Made by a program: the position numbers and the translations under genes | Part shown: positions 55,956-64,000 of the stretch, in pieces | How the letters are laid out: each line of letters begins with the position of its first letter | Numbering within the stretch: position 1 is the first letter of the stretch | The notes under the pieces: model-generated | The model's database searches: none | What the model saw: only the letters and a program-made list of their open reading frames with translations | What the model was told of the DNA's origin: nothing | NCBI GenBank assembly: GCA_964016885.1 | Contig: OZ024742.1 | Location: 172,608,001 to 172,672,000 of the forward strand | Source of the DNA: Eledone cirrhosa | Taxonomy: Eukaryota | Length of the DNA stretch: 64,000 bases | Direction: 5' to 3'

Positions 55956-57008
55956 AAATCAACTTCAATATCTAGCGATAATCACCATCAGTGCTTGAGG
56001 GGACTGCTAGGTTGTTAGTCCAGCAGTTCTAAAGAAAATCTCACACTGTCCCGAAAATGGGAGGAAGGAGGCTACTGCCAAAAACAATACATGCGCAGGT
56101 CGTTGAACTCTGAGAAGAATTCAAGCCACGTGCTTAGAACTCAATTGGATATAAAAAAAATAACCTTTATGACACATATAAATATTTTCTCGGGCAACAT
56201 AGCATATATATATATATATATATATATGTCCCAGGGAATGGGTGAAGGTTTCAAAAACATCATCTTTGTCCCTTCCTTTATCATTTTAGTTCGGATTGCC
56301 CCTAAAACGTAACCTTATTATGTATTGAAGTGGTCTGTTGAGATCATGGCACTAGTTGCGCGAAATCAGGTGGTGACTGTCGTCATTGAAATATGTATCA
56401 CAGCCGTATCACTAAAGGACTTTAATAACTGCAACTACCTCGCCTTCTTTTATTCAATATATGTATATACATATATGCGAGAGGCTGTTCAGTTCTGTTG
56501 CTGGATAGCGCTATGCTTTGTTTTCTTGCTGAAGACATTTATTTCACGTTGCTCCAGTTCACTCAATAATAGATATGAAACGTTACTCTTGCCAAGCTAT
56601 ATTGGCATTTGCCATTCGTTTGGGTAATACCGTTGATCTGATGTAGATGTAGAGGTATCATTTTGGGGAGTGCTACACTTCAACAAAAACAGCTTGCCAT
56701 GGCTTATGCCCCAAAGTGCAAAATCTCATGCGAATTCATGACTGAAAGAATGTTTTTACCTTTCTTTACGATATACATATCAGAAAGAACTGCGGAAGAG
56801 ATAAAGGGATATCTGCATCGCTAGAATGATCCAGCCACCCTCTAATCTTGAGCTCATATATGTTTATATATATAGCAATGGCATAGCATTTTATTCCATC
56901 TCATTTTTTTCATATATTCATTGGTGCATCGCATGTCGTATGTCACATCCAGGTCTAGTACCCTCCGACAAATATCGAAGTGTTGTACTGGTTTTATGTT
57001 AATTGTAA

Positions 57009-57047
<39 letters not shown>

Positions 57048-58235
57048 TATAATAATAAAACAATAAGTAACATTGTGTTTGAGAATAGCAAAAGCTGATA
57101 AAAGATGAAATATGAAGGATATATGAAAGATAAACTTACGGAAAATTATTAAATTGTAGATGAGAAATAGACTATTTCAAAGTTAATTGTTACACTGCCA
57201 CTAACCACATAAAGAAAATGACTAAACCGTATTTTTCCATACACCATCTACCTCCTCCATGCCTAATCTTGCGACAGGTCACGGCGGTCATTACAAATTT
57301 GATTATTTCAGGCGTGCTTATAGAATGTGTAATATAGAACATATTTTTTTATTGCATAGGGGACTTTGTTTCTAGTCTATTCGAATATCTGTTTTTATTT
57401 AGTGTCTATTCTATGAACTATTCTATCCACTACTTCTTTTATGAAGAAAAATCTAAATGCTCTTCTAAGTATCAATTTATAGTTAGCTTGTGATATTTAA
57501 AAAAAAAATACACGATTGTAGCGCATTGTAGCTTCTTCATTTCATTTTACTACTTTTCAGGCAGCTTAAAAGTGTGTTAGTCGGTTAATTATGTCAAGCA
57601 ATAATCTCCGTGCTTAAACACTTTTTTTTATTATATCAAGCCTTCTCTATGCGATGGCATACCATATACTTAAGTATTGATGGAGTCGTAACGGTATGGT
57701 CTAAAATAAGGAGTGATTTGGGCATTGAAAACATTCAACAAATAAATCTTTGTACAGTTCGCAACAAAGCCATTTTTTGGCCAGAAAAATAGAGTGAGAG
57801 AGAGGGAGAGAGAGTGAGGAACGGAAGTGAGCAACTGAGTGTAGATTAACGATCGCATTAAAAAATATAACAACAAATGAACATTAACAATGTTGCCACA
57901 AAACATTTCCGTCCACTTAATTATGTTCTGCTCTTTTGGCTCAATTCCGTGTAAAGTTCGTTATATGTACATATTACTTAATCTCAGCCAATTTATAGCA
58001 AAGTAAATTCCCAAATATCAGATTTACTGGCCTTTTATATGCGATAGTTATTTTTTATTTCCAATTAAGCAATTCCATCTGGTCAGTAAGTCGGTTGCTT
58101 GAGAAATCAATGATTACAAGAAAATCGATGTGTCACTTTTGCTTTTTGTTTATTGTTATCATTCTATAATTTTATTTCTCCAGCATTCATCTATGTATAT
58201 ATGTATGTATTATGTATTTATGAGCAAATATATAT

Positions 58236-58323
<88 letters not shown>

Positions 58324-58371
58324 ATGTGTGTGTGTGTGTGTTTATGCATATACTTTACATTTATATATATG

Positions 58372-58432
<61 letters not shown>

Positions 58433-58517
58433 TTGTATATATGTACACACACATTATATATATAGTTATGTAATAAACAACATACGATAATTATTTCATT
58501 TACCAGTGGTATATAAT

Positions 58518-58548
<31 letters not shown>

Positions 58549-58780
58549 TTGTGTGTTTGTGTGTATGTGTATGTGTATATTTGTGTGTTTGCCTGTGTGT
58601 GCGTTTGTCTGTGTGCGTGTGTGTGTGTGTGTTTGTGTGTGTATATATATAGAGAGAGAAACTAAACGAAGCAAATGACACAGTACATTGAAGCCATATA
58701 TTAGTTTAACCCTTGAAATAACAGGAAAATATTCTAAACATTTCGGACTCCAGTTCAGTCAGTGTGAGTGTGTTTACAGT

Positions 58781-58813
<33 letters not shown>

Positions 58814-59079
58814 GTGTGCACATATATATATATATATATATATATTAGAAAGATCGAGTATCGAAAAATCGGCGCACAAGTTCACGATAAACGAAATTCG
58901 ACATGAGCGGCAGAGGGCTCAATAATTCAGATGAATCAGAGCTATAACTATCGTTAAAATACCGTCACATATAGAACAAGTCTACAATCAACCATACGAT
59001 TTAAAATCGATAGAGGAAGATTCGGGACAAACAGATAAAAAATATCAATAAAAAAATACGTCATATATATATATGTATG

Positions 59080-59143
<64 letters not shown>

Positions 59144-59317
59144 GCGTGCGCGTGTCTGTATGTGTGTGTGTGTATGTGTGTGTTGTCGTAAACATATATA
59201 TTGGTGTCTCTCGCTACATTTATTTAGTTCTATTTCTGTCGCTTTTGAAATTATTCCCAAACACGCGCTTGCACACGAACACTCACATATATATCTAAAC
59301 ACACACATATAGATGTG

Positions 59318-59380
<63 letters not shown>

Positions 59381-59391
59381 CACACACACAC

Positions 59392-59452
<61 letters not shown>

Positions 59453-59465
59453 CATACAAACGTAC

Positions 59466-59498
<33 letters not shown>

Positions 59499-59524
59499 CA
59501 CACACACACATATATATATATATT

Positions 59525-59566
<42 letters not shown>

Positions 59567-59916
59567 TGTGTGTGTGTGTGTGTGAGTGTGTTTATATATA
59601 TATATATATATATATGTATGGGCGCGTGTGTGTGTTCGTGCTTGGATTTATCTGAATATATATGTGTTTATTAGAAACGATTCTCTCTAATTTGTTCCCA
59701 TCTTTATTATTAGTATTATTTTCTCCCAGGATGTTTCTTTAATGTGTTCATATATATTGCTGTGTGATGTTGAAGTCAAACAATTCTGTTAGCCATTGTT
59801 TACTTTATCTTATGTGTTTTGTTGGACATAATCTCTCACTAAGCACGTTGTCCAACATTGACACTAGCACAAACTGCACCAATAGAAAGAATGACAGCAA
59901 CAAGAACTATAATAGT

Positions 59917-60103
59917 AATAATTGTTTCTACTTTAGGCATAAGGCCAGCAATTACCCAGTGCATTACTGGTACTTTATTTTATCGACCCCGTAAGGATGA
60001 AAGGCAAAGTCAACCTCGGCGGGATTTGAACTCAGATCGTAAAGGGACGTAACTATGCTGGAAGGCATGGCGTCCGACACTCTACCGATACTGCCAATCC
60101 ACC
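59917..60103 (-). mobile_element. full-length tRNA-derived SINE
   Basis: Reverse-complement homologue of 20531-20723. Confidence 0.9.
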
Positions 60104-60262
60104 AATAATAGTTATGACAGTTCATTTTATTGGTCACAAGTGTCAAAGTCACTGGGAACAATGTCACAATGAAACACAGACACACATTGGCGTTTAATAA
60201 CAATAAAGAATAAAAACAACAGCTACATCAGTAATAAGAAAAACAATGGATTACCTTGAATA

Positions 60263-60445
60263 AATAATTGTTACTACTTTTGGCACAAGGCCAGCAAATG
60301 CCCAGTTCATTACTGGTACTTTATGTTATCGACCTCGTAAGGATGAAAGGCAAAGTTAATCGCGGCGGGATTTGAACTCAGAATGGCAAGGACCGTAACT
60401 CTATGTGTCAATGCATGGCGTTCGACACTCTACCAATACTGCCAA
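60263..60445 (-). mobile_element. tRNA-derived SINE
   Basis: A/B boxes, core and tail. Confidence 0.88.
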
Positions 60446-60452
60446 ATATAGT

Positions 60453-60640
60453 AATGTCTTCTGATTTAGGCACAGAGCCAACAATCTTTGGGGAGGGGAA
60501 AGTCGATTAAATCGACTCCAGTGCATGACAGGAACTTTATCTTACCGACCACGTAGTGAAGAAAAACAAAGCTAACTTCCATTGGAGTTTAACCCATAAC
60601 GTAAATGGCCGTAACTCTATGAGGACAAGCATTCCGAGGC
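60453..60640 (-). mobile_element. diverged SINE of a related subfamily
   Basis: TTAGGCACA, GTCGATTAAATCGACTCCAGT insert, degraded core. Confidence 0.65.
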
Positions 60641-60648
60641 TGTATCCA

Positions 60649-60701
<53 letters not shown>

Positions 60702-60733
60702 ATACTAATAATGATAATAATGATAATAATAAT
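60649..60733. repeat. (TAC)n-(TAA)n microsatellite at the LINE 3' end
   Basis: Visible directly. Confidence 0.95.
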
Positions 60734-63700
60734 GTTTTCTTTATTAACCACAGGGGTTTACATAAAGTAGACATTAAGGACAGTACAGGACAATACAGGA
60801 CGGTACAAATGAGCATTTCTGCGTGTAAAAAAAACAGAGGATGTAATAAAATAACAAGGAAAAATTCCCCAATAGGGGAGAGACCTCCGAGGGACATTTG
60901 TGGAGAAAGCCCATTAAAAGACCACAATGAACCTGACCACCAGGGCAAGTGCCCTCTCCCAGTTTTCCACCTTTAATTTACAGACACATACTCAGAAAAG
61001 GCCCATTCATTCGGGCCATACTTGCTTCTCTCACCTATCTTTCAACAAAGTGCCGTGAAGAGAGCATTTCCCTCTCTACCCTGATTTTCCTTTTCAAATG
61101 AAATTTGAAAAAGTTAATCAGGGCATCACCGAAGAGGTAAGTGCTCGTCTTCAGCCCTTTCAAACGTGTCCACCATAGTATCTCTTTCGCCATGGCCACC
61201 AGACAGATAAAAACTGCCTGCCCTTCCCGGTAATGCAAGAGGGCGGGGAAATCCTCACGATGGACTCAGCTGATAGCTGGATCCGTCCTACACGTGACAG
61301 CAGGTGTTCAACATAAACACACAAGTCAGCAATGCTCGGACACTGGACGAGTGCGTGCAGGATGGTTTCGTCGCCCTGCGCGCATCTCGGACATGCCCGG
61401 CTAACGGCACCTCCATGCCTGTAGAGTTTATCCTGACTTGGCAAAGCTCCTCGGTAGCACTGCCAGGCCAGGGATTTCTGGAAGTTGTCCATAGGCCCGG
61501 ACCCGAAAGTACTTCCGAAGAGATTGGCTGGTTGATTTTCGTCGACGCCTAGAGTTTTCCCAAGTACGTCGTCGCTCTTCCCCTCCACTAATCCTCTATA
61601 AAACGCCAAGGTGGAGTTTCCACCGACCACATTGTCCGATTGGTCGAGGACTGTGAGCGCCTGAAGACATTCGAGTATCCAAGCGCTCCCTCTCGGTCTT
61701 CGCTTGACCCAGGACTGCAGCCCCGTCAAGGAGACGAGCTGGGGAAAGACGCGTCTAGCAAACGGAGACCACACCTGATCACCGTCGAGGAAGAGGTGGG
61801 GATGTCGTAGCCTGAGCGCGTGTCTGCGTCATCATCAGCCACGGCATACCCATCGTCCACGTAGCGGGTGTTGACAGCAGATGGGCCGCCTGACCTTCGG
61901 AGCGCGTTCCTTCCACAAAACGCGAAAGTGCAAACGCTCCAGAGCAGTCATGCGGGGCTTAGGACAAGGTACGACGGTCAGGCGGTAGTAGATGACGGAC
62001 GCGATATACGCGTTAGCCACCTCCGCTCGACCTTTCAGGGATAGCTTCCTCTTGGCCCATTTCTGGGTGAGAGAAGCCACCCTGCTCGTCATCTCGTCCC
62101 AGTTTTTGTCCGTCTGAAGATCCGGACCGAACCAGACCCCTAGCAATTTAACCGGTCCGTCCGTCCAGCGCCTGACGATGCTGTTGGACGGCATGGACCT
62201 GCCTCTTCAGGTGCCGAGCTGTAGGCCCACTGACTTTTCCTGGTTGATCATTGCTCTTGTCACCGCTTGGTATTCTCTTAGTGTAGTGCCGGTCGCCTCG
62301 ATGTGTTTGGCGTTCGACACCATTACGGTGACATCGTCCGCATATGCTGACACGGATCTTCCGCATCCTAATTTGCGTGGGACCCCCCTCAACGTCTCCA
62401 GTTTGTGCAGTAATGGCACGTACAAGAAGGACGAGAGTGGACATCCTTGGCGGACCGAGCGCATGATGTTGAACGGTTCCGAAATGTGACCGTTCACTCT
62501 CACCACAGAGCAGATGTCGCTGTGCATGGCAGCGATCCAGCCTGTGAAGACGGGCCCAAAGCCATCCACCCTCAGGACTGCCGCTAGGTAACGATGGTCG
62601 ACCCTATCGAAAGCTTTCGACTGATCTTAAGTGATCAAGGACCCACCCGTGCCAGGTTCCCTAGCTACCCTCTCTACGATGTATCGCATGCGGTGGAGGT
62701 TGTCGTCAATGAATCTGTGGGGAATGGAGCATGTCTGTGCCCATCCCACCAGACCACCAACGACAAGCGCCAACCTCTTTGCTAGCACCTTGTCGCTGAA
62801 AAGCTTCACACATTTTTCTCTATTGCTAAAGCGTTACTAAACCTAATGGACTCTATTCTAATTGCTCTTTTCAGAGCAAACCACCACTTGTTGTTGACGA
62901 TGGCCCCCGTCAACGCCCGCTTAACTAATTCGCTAATCCGGTCTCTGTAGGCCTTGCGCGCTAGTAAGGACGCGTTTAGCTTCCAGTAGCCGGGTCCCCG
63001 TCTATGATGCCTATCTAAATCAAGCACACAGATCACGAATTTGTGTTCCGTGTAGCTGACTGTCTTCAATTGTGGACAGCCTGTGCTAGACCTATCTATT
63101 TCTCTACAAAATACTCTATCTAGTTATGATCTGGATGACCCTATGCGATATGTCCAGGTCCACATGGGCACATTCGGGAAATCCAATCGGTACCTGTCAG
63201 ACAGTTCAAAACGCTTGTGGATGTTGGTGAGGTTCTTGCACCCTCCTCCCCTATCCGCTAATCCCACACAGTCCCAGCGTGCATCTAAGATCCCGTTCCA
63301 GTCGCCCACTAACACTAAAGAGCGGGACGTTCCAAGAAATGTCTCCAGACGCCGGAAGAAATCAGGCCGCCCTGCTCCTGTCGGGGCATAGACGGCCACT
63401 AGCCTGAAAGCTTGCCCGTCTCCGCTGGTCACGTCTAGCACCACCAACTTACCTTCTGGGTCCAGGAAGGTGGCCCGTATGGCGAGATCCAAACCTCTCC
63501 GAAAAAGCACTGCAACTCCACCTCCCGATGCCGGACGGCTGGGAATGCGTACACATCGTAGCCGCCGAAGATCGGTGCGAAGGCCCGTGCTTCCGAGATT
63601 CTGGTCTCGCTGATACCACTACATCTATGTTTAGTGACCTGAGGTCGTTGAGCAGGTGGCCCTGCTTCCAAGACGACCCCAAGCCACGCGCATTTATGCT

Positions 63701-64000
63701 GCCTATTCTGAGAGAGGTCATGTTGAAATGGAGTGGAAAAGATGGGAATGACCACTTACTTTACTTCTCGTAGAGGAAGGATGGTTTGTCCATCCTTTTC
63801 ACTGCTTGTGGCCTCCTCCGGAAGGATATCCATAAAAATCCTCGTGGAGAGTGTTTGTCGGAGACTGTTTGTCGGAGAGTGTTTGTCTTTGGGACATTTT
63901 TGTTTTAGCGTCGTGTACGTTTTCTGTGTGATGCGAGTGATTTGTATGTGTGGAGGTGGTGTGAAGTTTTGGGTTGTGTGTAGTCTTTTTCTGTGATGCT
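60734..64000 (-). mobile_element. L1/Tx1-type LINE, degenerate; extends beyond the window
   Basis: ORF2 from ~63721: APE (GSINARGL, SETR, VYAP, GDWN, GPGYWKLN), RT (KAFDRV, SVRQGCPLS, AYADD, KLLGVWFG), CPRC..ETILHALVQC; apparent deletion near 62800; probable ORF1 end upstream. Confidence 0.93.

Overview
AT-rich, microsatellite-dense eukaryotic non-genic DNA. The SINE family and (TA)n load suggest a cephalopod such as Octopus (inference). No host gene could be supported, and nearly all long ORFs in the track are (TA)n/(CA)n artefacts. The window is a nest of transposable elements, mostly inserted in (TA)n: five Penelope-like element (PLE) copies with RT and/or GIY-YIG coding remnants, many non-coding PLE-type termini, two L1/Tx1-type LINE copies, an internally degenerate Ty3/gypsy LTR element, a DD37D-type Tc1/mariner, a bipartite RTE derivative and about 8 tRNA-derived SINE copies. 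Main findings by manual reading: (1) type I hammerhead ribozyme (HHR) motifs in at least 8 distinct repeat families, including a U3-A8 core variant and long-stem-II forms, several supported by covariation; (2) a non-coding 741-744 bp tandem array with one HHR per monomer, a candidate large retrozyme/circRNA element; (3) about 10 fold-back insertions in which only one arm carries the 3' tail and the other stops at an internal TA-like site; (4) a C-terminal-endonuclease PLE RT with a ~65 aa insertion at the telomerase IFD position. Alignments and folds were done by eye; coordinates are approximate to a few bases and family letters are ad hoc labels.
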